Source: Laetmonice hystrix
Lineage: Eukaryota
Direction: 5' to 3'
NCBI GenBank assembly: GCA_965235115.1
Contig: OZ249440.1
Coordinates: forward strand, 35,032,001 to 35,096,000
Length of the DNA stretch: 64,000 bases
Below, one piece after another: positions 21,817 to 34,388 of the stretch. Under the pieces are notes generated by a model. The model did no database searches. It saw nothing but the letters and a program-made list of their open reading frames with translations, and was not told the origin of the DNA. Position numbers and translations under genes: made by a program. Numbering within the stretch: position 1 is the first letter of the stretch; every line of letters begins with the position of its first letter.

Positions 21817-24550
21817 ATGCTTAATAGCTTACTAAATTGTGTCATGTTACATGTCTTTCAGACTGTCGCTTGCTGTGAAGTGCGGCGGCAATAAACTTCG
21901 CAATGCAGCGAGGAGTGAGGCCCTTCTCCTGCACACATACGGCATCAACCTTCCGGGGATCACGGCAGACGCCAGCCATGGCCGCGTAGATCCCGTCGCC
22001 AAAACCATCCTGGAACGCTTTCATCCCGTCATCCTTGAAGACAACAATCCCTACCATGTCCAGGGCGATGGAAATTGCATGTACCGGGCGCTAAGTCTCG
22101 GTCTGTACGGGGATGAAGGACACCACCTTCTCATTCGCCTCCTCACCTGTATTGAAATCATGCATCCCCAATACTACGACACCACCGGTACGAGCTACAC
22201 CGATCTCATAAAGGACAATGCCATCGTTTGCGACCCCTACACCAGTCTGCTGACTTCTGCTGGGACACCTGGAGCCTACAGTGAGATGCTCCACATCTAT
22301 GGTGCCAGCGCCGCTCCAGACAAACTCGCTCAACGTTGTTGCGTCAGAGACCAGCGATGCGTGCATGAACTCTGATATGAATACCGTCGATCTGTCTGCA
22401 TCGGGGGGCCATAAGCTTACTAAAGCTGGAAAATTCTTAGATACGAAAGAGTTGGTGAAGCTGTTGAAGTCCCCACCTAACACTCTACACAGTGTCCCAA
22501 TGGGAAATAAAGATGACGTGTACTTCTTCATCAACAACTCTGTGAACATGCAGCGGAGGAAAGAGAGAGGGGAGCAGCAGGTTCTGGGACGACTGTGGAG
22601 CTTGGGACAGCAGTGCAACAACTAAGTGTTTGAATACCGCCTCCAGCAGACTAAAACGCTCATCTCCACCATCGCACCTACCTTCCAACAGTACTTTGAC
22701 TCCCGAGTAGTCCCGATGCTTCAAACAAATTTCAAGATTCATCAACAGAAACACATCAGCACCGGATCACCTCACCAAGTGGACAAACAACAATTGTGAA
22801 AGCATCAATCATGTTCTCAAACAAAATATCAGCTGGAAACCCCAAAACATGACCATGCTGATTGAAACCCTCTTCACAGCAGTCAGCGCCCAGTACAAAG
22901 ATCTGAGACGTGCACTGGTGGGGCACGGGGAGTACAGACTTACCAAACCCTTCTTAAGTTTCTTCATGCCTATAGACATATACACGTGCCTTGCAAAAAA
23001 CAAGAGAGAAGCACATTTCAAACGTTTCCTTGCGAAGAAATGGGCTATGGACAACCGCATATTACAATCGACCGATGGGAGAACAACCCTCATGGCACCA
23101 ACCAACGGCGGGAAGAAACCACATCAGGTAAAGAGAAAATGTGCAGAAAGACCAGCACCCCCAGCAAGAAATCATGACTGAGCCTCAAACGTCCAGGGAT
23201 CGCAAATTGATACCCGACACATGAACCAAATTCGAGGTTATAGACCTACGATTTGTATATTTACGGCTGCCGCTATTGTACCTTCGAAGTGTATGGAGCT
23301 ATTTATTGTTATCGTTATTGTTATCGCCTATGCTGGGATAGGCCTATGCAAGTACATGTATATAATGTAGGCCTATATCAGTGTTTTTGTTTAGCGGTCA
23401 CCAACTCGCCCGACGCGAGTAAAAAATTCTCCGGGCGACTAAGATGCTGACTGAGGTTGCCCGTGTTGGCGACTAAAAAATTTGCCACCCTCACCTCTAC
23501 CAGTGGGGTGCGCCATGCGTTGGCTGCGCTACGGTGTTTTGAGAGCGGTGCGCCCTGCTCCCTGTGCTGCCGAGTGGCAGCATGGATGTCGCACCCGTTG
23601 TGGATTCTGGCGGTCATCGACAGGGGGCCGACGGGGAGGGGAGGGGAGGAGGCTGTCCCGGCACCCGTTAGCGGGCGTCAGCGTGGCGGAGGGGACATCC
23701 CAACACCTGTTGTGGTCCGACGGGAGGGCGGTTACCAATTTCAAAGAGCGCTGTCACTTTTGCCACACAACAGCTAAAGATCTTTATTATGCCAGGAGGG
23801 CAGGCGAAGGGCCCAGCGACCGAAATCAGTGGGGACTGACGGGAGGAGCCCTGGGGCCGGTCGAGCACCAGTTGGGCCGGGAGTGGGGAGGTCGGGGTGG
23901 GTGCAAGGGCAAGGTGATTGTCGGCGACGCTGTGCCAGACCCCCGGGTAGGGTCGGTCCCCTACCAGGCGCATAGCTTCCTTTAGCCTTAGGCACGTGCA
24001 TACATATTTGGCCCCAGAAATAAAAAAAATAGATTTGCCAGAAATGCAATACTAGAGCTTACAAATAGGGCCTAACAGGAGATGGTTGTTATAGGTCTAA
24101 GGGCCTAACGTGTAAAATTAAATTAAAATATATTTTTTAAAAATACCAGGGTTGATAGTGATTTGCCAACACAGAATGCCCTTAGACCCCCCCCCCCCCC
24201 TAAAAAAAGTGGCTACACATTTATTTCAGCCAAGCTACGCCCCTGCCTACAGCACACACACACACACACACACACACCGGTGGTTTGTTGACTGGTAATG
24301 AAGAATTTATGTCAGTGCTAGTAATGGTACCATCAGCTATCTTGTGTGTAACAGTAGGCCAATCTCTGTTTTTTGGGGGGGCGACCAAATGTTCTGTTGG
24401 GCGACAAAGTTTGGCAACTTACTTGCCCACATGGGCGACGAAGTATTTCTGCCTGATGGAAAACACTGCACCCCTCCTCCCATGCGGACATATTCATGAT
24501 CATAGTTTCCAAAGAAATAATTTACATAATTAGGCAAGGAAAAGTTGGAT

Positions 24551-24621
24551 GAGTGAGTGAGTGAGTAGTGGTGGTTTTCCGCCGTGTCGGCATCTGGGGC
24601 CATCTTCACGGCGAAAACAGG
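24551..24621 (-). mobile_element. Minimal 71-bp LINE 3'-end insertion (copy C)
   Basis: Matches the LINE 3' stem-loop and tail; flanked by GTTGGAT duplication (24544-24550 / 24622-24628). Confidence 0.9.
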
Positions 24622-25056
24622 GTTGGATCACGAACGTCGCGTCTCAGGGCATCTACTCATAGAAGGAGTCCTAAGCCTCTGACGTTCATACACCAACTGA
24701 CTGTTACCCGTTGGTAACCATCAACAACAAAACCTATCCGGAAGTCAGCAACAGGCGTCCCAGCAGGCTGACTTCCAAAATGTACCACACTATTCCCCCT
24801 TCTGAAAAGGAGGTGACGGCGACGGGTCCCGCTAATAACGGGGCTTGTACCAGCCTTCACAGTCTAGTACTATTAGTATTATATTAACAATTAATTAGTA
24901 ATATGAACCATCGAATAAATGGGTCATACCTTCCTTATGGTACTAGGTGCATCAGGTGCCGCAGGTAATATGCAAGATCCTTCCAGTGCCCTGTGAACAG
25001 AAAAAGAAGGTGTTAGGCAGTAGAGATATTGTAAATTACCCGCCACCTGTAACATG

Positions 25057-25841
25057 CTATATTACATTGTCTTCGTCCTCAGGGTTTGGATGACAGTGTC
25101 TGCGGGGGCCCTCCTCCGAGAAGCATTTAAGAAGTGTGGCAGGTTCCCAGCCTGAAAAGGTCATTGGTTGCTGTAAAGTTAATAGTTTAGCTTTCTGAGA
25201 GGGTGACAGTAAAGCGATGAGGGCAGAGAGAACCCTCCAGTGCAATAGGGAGGATAGTGTGTTGGGAGGACGGATAGAGATTAGTGTTAGACGGTTAGTG
25301 GCAGGGGGCAGCCCGTTGAATGCCAGAAAATCCTGGAGTAGCTCCGTCTCCTCTTTGGTGAAGTTGGGGCACGGTACGGTCTGGGGGGTGGTACGGAATC
25401 CACTACTGTAAGGATATTTAGCAACTCCAGGGAGCTTGCTAGGCCGAGGCTACGGCGGATGAAACGAAACATGCCATTTATAAACAAAAACCACTGGCAG
25501 AGGCACATGGAGCGCCCCCAATAAGGTGAGGGGTGTTTTGCCTGAAGAAAACAACCCTTCCCTTCTTGCACTTGGCATGCCCAGCATCTGCGCATACCAG
25601 GGGAAATGTGTTCTTACAATATGGGAACGAAGATTCTTGGTGCGGGCGGGCAGAAACGACACTGCTGTCCCCTTGCCTTCTTTGCAGGTGGTGGGGCAGC
25701 CTCCTCGTTCACTACTACTATCCAGCTCCCTGAGGGTGGCGTTGTAGATTGGTGGAACACCACCTTCCTGCGGGCTGGTTGTGTAGCTACGACTTCTTCA
25801 TCCTCCTCGTTGTAGTCAGGCACAAAGTCGGCTTTCTCCAT
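25057..25841 (-). pseudogene. Accessory ORF downstream of Gypsy pol (Cys/His-rich, function unknown)
   Basis: ATG right after TTGGCAG; across frameshifts CRFC..RTKNLRSHIVRTHFPWY, CWACQVQE, PPNTLSSLLHWRVL. Confidence 0.5.
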
Positions 25842-25888
25842 CCTGCCAATCGATAAAATAATGCATAAGTGATACAGTTCTCGGCTAA

Positions 25889-28800
25889 TTACTGAGACAT
25901 TACTGAGTATACATAGTCAGCCAAGTGCTTGGGCCTATGTATGTTCCTACCCCAACTTGTAATCCGGGTGGGAGCAGGCTCCAACTGGGGCACTTTAGGG
26001 TGACTTTGAGGACTAATTTTTGGGGGGATCACCTGTGACTCAAAGAGACGAAAGGTGGACATCCAGTCCTCAACCTTAAATGCAGGGGTTAGTTTCACCT
26101 CTTCCTGTTCCTCGCCCTCTCTATCCTCCTCCGTACCTTCCCGAAATAATTGGGCCCGCGACTTAGGGATCCACATGGGAATTGCCCTGTCCTGACAAGA
26201 CTTCAATTTATCATGGTGATAGACCGCATCTCTTCCCTCCGATCAGGCAGAGTGTAAATGGGGTGACGGCATTCCAACACCAGAAACGGCCCTTTCCAGG
26301 GACTCTCCAACTTCCGGGAGCGTCCTTTGGTGTGACCCTCATTTTTGCGATATACCAGGTCACCCTCGGTATACTCACACCTCCTCATGTGAATGTCATA
26401 CAACCGTTTTTGGGTGCGCTGATTGGACTTTAAGTGCATTCTTGCTAGGTTGTGTACCTCCCGTAGGGTGTCTTGCAGACGGGCTACCCAGATAGAGGGG
26501 ACTTTGTGTAGGTAGGTTTAAGGATACGGTTCCCAAGGCGACATCACTAGGGAGATGGACCTCTCGCCCCAACATTATCATATTGGGAGTGAACCCTGTG
26601 GAGCGGTTTTCAGTGGCATGCAAAGCCACTGCTAACAGTGGCAGATCATGATCCCAGTTTGTCAACTTGTTATCGACATAACATCGGACCATCTGCACAA
26701 TAGTTCTATTATACCGCTCCACCTGGCCATTAGAAGACGGATGATAGGGGGTTGTTCTAGTTTTAGCAATCTGTAGTGTGTCACACATGGCTTTGAAAAG
26801 ACCACATTAAAAGTTACGGCCCTGATCTGAGTGAACCATTAGAGGGCACCCAAAGGTAACAATTAAATGGAGAACAAAAGCATGTGCTACCACTTCAGCA
26901 GTCTGATCGGGTAAGGCCGCACACTCAATCCATTTAGTAAATTGATCGAGCATGACTAGAATGTACACATTCCCGGAATCACTCGGATGAAAAGGCCCCA
27001 AGACATCAATGTGGACTCTCTCCATAGGAGCTCTGGCGTGGTACAACTGAAGATCAGCCCGAGCAGATCGACTAGCCTTCTTGTTAATGTTACAGGTCTT
27101 ACATGACGATACATAAAGGTCACAATCCTCCCTCATCTTATACCAAAAGAAGGATTTCTTAGCCCTTAGTAAAGTCTTATCCTGACCCAAGTGTCTGCCG
27201 ATTTCACATCATGGCACCACCCAAGCACCTCTTGTTTTAAGGACTTGGGCAGTACCAAACACTGACGGTTACCGGGGCAGATTTCCCATGTGTAAGTTAA
27301 TACCCCCTTTGTTTTGTTAAAGCGAGCTGTAACCTACACGACCATATAGCTTTAGTAGCTGGGCTACAAAGATAGAGATCCTTTTTTGAAGGTTCGTTAC
27401 CTTGCTCCAGCCAGGACAATATTTGAGATCCTCTAGTTGAGATTGTCTGAATTCTAAGCTAGAATAGCCCCCTGTCCAGGCATTGGCATTGGCGCTTTCC
27501 ACTCCTGTGTAGTATTTCCATATCAAACTGCGCCAGTTCTTCTATCCAGCGAGCTAGCTGGCCTTCGAGATGTTTAAATCTCCACAACCATACCAAACTG
27601 TTGTTATAAGTCCTCAAAATAAAGGGCTGCCCCAACAGGTAGTTTCGACAGAAACTCACGACAGCCAGTAACTCTTTCCTGGTGGTACAGTACTTGCGTT
27701 GAGCTGGATGAAGCACGTGACTTGCATACGCAATGGTCTGTTCCACTCCTTCCTGCAGCTATGGAAAGCACCTATGGAAGTATCAGAGGCGTCCGTGTCC
27801 AAGATGAATGTCTTACCTGGGAGTGGATAAGATAATCAGGGAGCTACCACCAGTAGGCTTTTCAAGGACTCGAAAGCCCCCTGATGCTCCGCTTGCCACT
27901 TAAAGAAAGTGTCACCAGTTAAATCACAGAGGGGTCTGGCGATGCCTGCGATCCCTTGGAGGTGGTCCTGATGGTGGTTGGCATAGCCGAGGAATGACTG
28001 GAGTTCCTTCTTAGTTAACCCTTTCAGGGCGAATGATGCCTTGAGGCATTACCGTGCCAGGGCGGACGATGCCTTGAGGCATTACCGCCCCAGGGCGGAC
28101 GATGCCTTGAGGAACTTTTTTGTCTACTCCCACCACTACACGTAAATCCGGTCCATTGATAGCAAAGACTGTCAATCACCCAACTACAATTGTTGAGTAG
28201 CTGTACTAACTCCTCCCCCTTACATATTACGTTGATTGCTATTGTCTTTTAGACATTTATGTGTCCCAAAATCACGTTTTTCGAGACGAAAATCCAAAAT
28301 GGCTCGCCCACGTGGGATGGTGCGCAAAACTGGGTCAGCCTCTGTGACGACTGTGACGTAACAAACGTCGCCGGCATAGGGTTAAAGGAACAGGCCAATT
28401 CCTGACTGCCTCTACCTTCTTAGCAGACACCATAACCCATCTCCCGGGTCACAGGTTTTCCCAGAAACTCGATTTCTGTCCTGAATAAGGAGCACTTCTT
28501 CGGTTTTAACAGGTTGTACTGTTGCACCCTCTTGAAAGTGCCACTCAAGTTAAGCAACACTTCCTCAAAGTCCCGCCCCAGTACATTGACATCGTCTAGA
28601 TATGCTAACAAGGTTTTCCAAAGTAGGCCACGTAGCACAAGCTGTACTGCTGTACTGTTTCTTCTCCTCCTCAAAACCAAAGGGCGTCCTCCTCATTTTC
28701 TGGCGTACTGGTCCTGAGGTATTAATATGATGCTCCACTTCCCTCAAACAACCAATGTCCAAGTCATGCCTTGCAAAGATGTCCTCATAGGCCAACAAAA

Positions 28801-29079
28801 GGAGTCCCACCTGAATTGATCATACTGCGAGTGGGAATCTACTTGTTCTGCAGAGGTGGCACCGCCTAGCTCACTGTCATGCAGCTGAAGAATACTAATG
28901 GTGTCGTTGCTACTCGTATGTACGGGGAAACACTCAATAACCCAGGCAATAACAGAGCCTGACTTTAAGGTAATGGTTTTGTCTGTACAATTGATAAGGT
29001 GAAGTGGTACTTGTTCCCTACCGCTAATCACGATAGAGGAAACTAGCACACCTTCGGGGGCTTCTATTGGTTCAAACAT
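25889..29079 (-). pseudogene. Gypsy pol remnant (partly deleted RT, RNase H, integrase)
   Basis: AYLDDV, KKELQSFLG, DTDAS, YCTTRKELLAVV, HIDVLGP, HSDQGRNF, YHPSSNGQVER, WKGPF; many frameshifts. Confidence 0.92.
28019..28381. mobile_element. piggyBac-type MITE
   Basis: TTAA TSD (28015-28018 / 28382-28385); CCCT...AGGG termini; removal restores Gypsy WPVPLTKKELQSFLG; three roughly 32-bp subterminal repeats at about 28025-28112. Confidence 0.9.
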
Positions 29080-30344
29080 TGCACAATTATAGGCAGTTAA
29101 ATAGATCTTTACAGCTAGTACCCATCAAAACTTTCTTTCTCTTTCTGTAACATTCATCACATATTCCTGAAATCTAAAAAATGCATCCTGTCACTAGCAA
29201 AGCCAAGCCGAAGACTAAGCACGGTATCGGCGGGTGTGCATGCATGACGAAGCTGATATTTAGAGTCTGAACTAGAAGATAGAGACTTACTCTTCGTTGC
29301 TCTAGTGTAGATGCTGATGTCATACATTTGCAATGGTATTTTAGTAAGGTCTATAAATATACAAAGTCATTCGAGTCAGTGATTCTGAAGCATCGACTTG
29401 TAGATCTACCGTAGCCGTAGGCCTAGACGGGTGGGTGGGCTGGCAGGCCGAGACTGCGACAGCGCGTCAAAGAACGTAACGTATTGTGACGTAACAAACA
29501 AACGGGCAACACGGCCCAGCGGCAGAGCTCTGTCACGTCTGTGGCGGCCCAGCGGCAGGCTGCCGACCAGCAGTCAGTCTTCTAGGCCTATCACTAATCA
29601 GCCTTTTATCTGAAAAAATTTGCTGATGATGTTTGGGGCCTAGTAATTCACGGATCTAAACTAAAACCTGGGACACTTGCGCTTGGATTTCCTCACTTAT
29701 AGTAAAGGATTCAGTTGGCAACTTTGCTACGCAGGCTCTCGATTGCGCTCAGTCGAGCTGGCTACAGCTATCCCTAAGAATAGGTGCTACTAGGTGGTAA
29801 GCAAGTTAGATCTAAAGTCAGATGAATATATATCTAATTTATATGATCTGAGGTATATTTATTATATAGTAGTCCACTAAAGTGTACAATTTTCAATGTC
29901 ACTTGCTAAAGACTACTCCTGCAGAATTTCTATCGACTGTTTCCTGCCGGTAACGAGTGTGGGCAAAGCGCTAACCGGAAGTCGTGTGTCATGAATGAGC
30001 AAAAAGCGAGGCTCCAAAATGACAGACCACTTTCAGCCTCGTTTATGCTGTGCTTTACAGTCGCGAGTTGGCATTCCAGGGTCAGTCTAGTTCTATGGTT
30101 TTCGATAAAAAGAACTCAATAACATTGTTCAATGTCTGATAATTCCCTAATATATAAAAAATAAACGAAAGTTTATAAAGTACTTGATCTCAGCTGCCAT
30201 TGCCATTAGAATATCTAGTAAATACAATCTGTGGATTTTGAATAATATCTCTGACATGTTGGGCATATTGGGAAGCAGAAATTTTCTTTTGCAGCATGAA
30301 GTTAACAGTGATTAATGCTATGAAAGATGAAAACGCTCACGTAC

Positions 30345-31721
30345 AGAATGCAATTTTTTGCTCAGATTTTTAGCGAGGTGCCAAATATCAAAGCTGTGTG
30401 CAATCTGATGCCGTCCGTCAGCTGACCTTTTCTCATTGAGCTCTCCTAAAGTCCAAATAAAAATAAATGTTAGCGAAACAAATGTTAGGCATAACCCATA
30501 TCAGGCACAACCCATTTAATTAAGAAATTTGAGGAATTGGAATAGTGGAATCAGGTCCTATGAAGGCAACCTGGTAACTTTGAACATATTTATTCACTGA
30601 GGTACTTTATGATTTGCGGATGTTGGTCAGTCACCACCTCCACAACCTTCACCCCATTTTCTTCAAAATGGTCGAGGGCCAACTTGAAAGCAGCCAGTTC
30701 CATATTTGTGGATTTTCCCTGGGCGTGTCGCTTGTCCAGAATCTGCATCCCCAGTATGTCCAGTGTTTCATGGTCCATTACTGTGTACGTACAGTACTGG
30801 GCTGTATGTCCTGGGCTATCATTCCTGCCATCACCTAAAAAGCAGATGCATGACAAATTGGAATTAATTATCTCCTGTGGGTTAAGTTTGAAAACCTTCA
30901 AAACACAAATTCGAATTCCTTTAGCTAGCACGCAAATGTCCATCCAAATGACGGTATTTTATGGAGACCGGTGTGGTGGAATTAAAAGATCTAATCTTCC
31001 ATTAGTACAGAACATTGTCCAACTTTGCAATATGGCCTTCAGATATGGTGCATTTATATAATTTAAAAAAAGGAGCAAAATCACAAACTATTACTGTTTT
31101 ACCGCTGACACAATGTCACAAGACACTTTCTCATCAACTTTGTATAAAATTTATTATGTGTACTCGCCACATAGAACGACGTCCCGGTCTCCAATTGCAT
31201 CCAATATTTCTTGCTGCTGCATGTTCCAATATTCCTTGACTGCTGGGACCAAAAAATTTCTCTGTATGGCATAGAATTTTGCAGAGGACAGATTTCCTAG
31301 CCCGGTAAATTCTTGGAATAAAGACACCTGGAAAAATACATTCAGAAATCAGAAGCTTTATGTCATCAATACAAATCTTCTTTGTGAAAATTGGCCAGAA
31401 ATATAAAGGGAGCAACTGAATACAGCCTTGCCCAAGTATTAGCATGTTGTTTGCATAAAGATCAGATCACATCGTCAAAGAATTACTAGGACTGGGGTAT
31501 TCAATAGAGGTTTAAAAATTGCTTCGTCTGAAAACTTTGCAATGGGTGACAAAGTTCCAGTAAAGGTGGAAACTTAAACTTACTTTAGCATGGTTGTTCC
31601 CACTAAAAACAATGCTGGAAGCAACCTTCAGCTCAGCCACATGGAGGTGTCCCCGACAAGGTTGACCTCCAACAAATGGTTGGCCACACCAGGCCCACTG
31701 CTGATAATGCTGAGGACACTT
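30345..31721 (-). pseudogene. Kolobok-type DDE transposase fragment, four in-phase exons
   Basis: Exons 31721-31584, 31327-31168, 30834-30598, 30445-30345 splice to SIVFSGNNHAK-VSLFQ...VVLCGDGRNDSPGHTAQYCTY...VVTDQH...HSFDIWHLAKNLSKKL. Confidence 0.8.
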
Positions 31722-31807
31722 CTGGAAAGAGAGATTTACTTTGTCTGGAATTGGGAGAGAATATGCCCACTGTGTGATAAACGACAAATATCACACTAAT
31801 CAATGCC

Positions 31808-33010
31808 TTATTAGCCCCCACAACGGGGGGCTTATAATTTCGACCTCCGTCCGTCCGTACGTACGTCCGTCCGTACGTCAGTACGTCCGTCCGTCCGTAT
31901 GTCCGTAGACAGCGATTTCTCAGAAGTGTATGGGTCGATTTCTTTGAAACTTCACACAAGGATCAGGGATGAACTGAGGATGATGCACGTCAAACAGATT
32001 TTTGATATCCTTCAAAATGGCCGCTTGGCGGCCATCTTGGATGTAAACACATTTTGAGCAATAACTCAGCCAAAACATTCACGATTTCTTTCAAACATGG
32101 TGCAGGGATGAGGCATAATGAGGGCCAATATGCATCACAATGAAATTTTAATTCAGATCCAAAATGGCGACATGGCGGCCATATTTGTTTCTTGACCCCC
32201 ACAATGACACTGGCTTATATCTCGAAAACGGTGCAAGATGACGCAAAAGTTACTATTATTGATAGATAGGAAGTCATATATGACGTTTCATTTGGCGCCA
32301 TTTTCGATGACCTTGAGCGACCTTGAAAGGTCAATCAAGGTCATGCATATTTTCAATAGCCTGGATCATTAAAACAGTTAAAGATAACGACATAATCTTG
32401 CATGAAACATTACATAATGATCCGGGACAGTCCATGGATGAGATATTTTTGACATCAGTCAAAATGGCCGCGTGGTGGCCATCTTGGATATAAACACATT
32501 TGGAGCAATAACTCAGACAAAACGATCCCGATTTCTTTCAAATTTGGTGGAAAGAAGGTGTATATGAGGGGCAATGTACATGCCAATGTAATGCCAGATC
32601 AGATCAAATATGGCGACATGGCGGCCATATTAAAATTTTACCCCCCCCATAACAATGTTTGGACTCATATCTCGAAAACGGTGTAAGATAAGGCAATAGT
32701 TATTATTATTGACAGATAGGAAGTCATATATGAAGTTTCATTTGGCGTCATATTCCATGACCTTGAGCGACCTTGAAAGGTCAATCAAGGTCATGCATAT
32801 TTTAATGGCCTGTGCCCCCAAACCAGTTGAAAATAACAACATCTAATCTTGCATGAAACATGACATAATAACCAGGGACAGTCTAAGAAGGACACAGGTC
32901 AAATATATCATTAAAAATGGCTGCTTGGTGGCCATCTTGGATTTAAAGAAATTCGAAGCAATTTTCTGGATTTCGTTCTTGCTGACAGAAGGCATAAGGG
33001 GCAACAAGCG
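31808..33010 (+). mobile_element. Helentron-type non-autonomous element (HINE/DINE-1-like) with internal roughly 450-bp tandem units
   Basis: Starts TTATTAGCCCCC..GGGGGGCT, then (GTCC/GTAC)n microsatellite; AAAATGGCYGC..GGCCATCTTGGAT recurs at about 32014, 32461, 32914; 3' end approximate. Confidence 0.65.
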
Positions 33011-33344
33011 TGCCAAAAGTTCGCATAGTTCCTGGACCCACAGATAATTTGTCCCTACTCAGTTAATTTCAGAAGTGTCCGTGCAAGTTTAGTGCTGAAA
33101 ATAGCCGGCCAGCAACGTGCATGTGGAGACCAGCGGTCACTGGGGCGTGACAGACAGTGCACTTTCAAGCGTTAAAAATGGAAAGGTACGGGGCATTAGG
33201 TTTTTATTGCAATATACCAGTAGGACGGAGATCTTCCCGATTGGCCACACGAGAAATTTCAGGCCCATCTGACACTTCTAGAGCGTCCAATTTGGCGATG
33301 TACAAGTAATTTGGCCCATCGGAATAATTTAGCGATATTTGCAA

Positions 33345-33700
33345 GAGTAATTGGGCATCGATTTCACCGCTCACCCGACAGCAGATGGTGTCGGGCCCTG
33401 TGCCTCAGTATAACCATAATATAGTTACATGGGGAAAGGCCGATATCTTTTGAATTGCTTTGTTAGGAAAATTTAAGAAGGGACATAGAATAAAACAAGG
33501 AACAAATCAGTCGGTTCATGGTGGGTATTAAGTGGCTAGCTTTTATATGTATAGCAATTATCTCTGCAAGCCATCCCGCCCCGCCCTGCCCGGGCAGGCC
33601 AGCCGTTGCAGTCTGCACTAAAAGGGATCAATTAGTGAGCTGGTGAATATTGGTGAATATCTTCCAAATCCGATTATTTTTCAACCAAGCTTTAGAAGAT
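33345..33700 (+). repeat. Diverged dispersed repeat, copy 1 (copy 2 at about 40981-41385)
   Basis: Shared colinear blocks CCGCTCACCCG, GATATCTT, AAGGAACAAATCAGTCGG, ATCCCGCCCCG, TTGCAGTCTGCA, ATTTTTTCAACC-like. Confidence 0.7.
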
Positions 33701-34388
33701 GTTACAGTCAGGGTGGGCCTGCCAGTAATATAACTTAGGGTTTCCCAATCTAGTTGGTTTAGGTGACCATATATGCCTGGTCCTAGTTTCCCAAGTTAGT
33801 TATTTTTGAGTGACCAAGTGTGCCTGGTCAGTGCATGCACCGGGGTGAGTGGTCAGGTGTGGGGGTCATCGGACGTGCATGAGTGACCGGCAGATCAGTG
33901 CTTTGGGCAGTTCGTGATTGTCACAGCTTCGACACACATGGTTTTGGAGCCAGTGGTAAAATGTTTTACCACTGGGGGTTTTCCGTGGAGCAGATAGTGC
34001 ACCACGCTGTGACTTTGAAATGCAAGCTAGGACAAGCTTGGACGTTGTGTTGAAGTAACCGGTGGAACTTGTGTGTGGGCGGAGCGTAGAGGCACAAAAC
34101 TGTAAGTTTGGGATAGCCAATTTTTCCCCTATGGATTTCACAAAGGTTTTTGTAATGAATTTATTCTATGATAGATTATGTCAATTATACTTGTACTTGT
34201 GGTTTGAAGTAATGCAGGCTTTATGCTCTTCAACCTATTTTTTTCACATGTCTGTACTGTCAAATTAATATGGACCACTAATTATGCAAGAAACTGTCAC
34301 GTGTCTAGTACACCGGTATATTCTGTATGATACAGAATTTGCAGGGGAACGATACTCTTGCTTGAATACTCCTAGATTGTTTTAGTTA

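Larger units (their letters stand above)
14585..23181 (+). pseudogene. Spliced PHD finger + OTU-like (vertnin-like) + MULE-type transposase remnant
   Basis: Exon 1 to 14670 (PCGVC...GCAKWTH, donor GTAAGT), exon 2 14800-14922 (KC...FSCPNC), exon 3 from 21862 in phase (VQGDGNCMYRALSLGLYG); later DDCGAW and WTNNNCESINHVLK. Frameshifts; catalytic core not seen. Confidence 0.7.

Noticed and set aside
23457..24049. Cluster of GC-rich overlapping ORFs
   Set aside because: No recognisable domain; long frames are expected at this GC content.
23379..24468. hAT-like element with CAGTGTTTT...AAAACACTG ends
   Set aside because: Only 9 bp of TIR and no matching 8-bp TSD; may be two unrelated ends.
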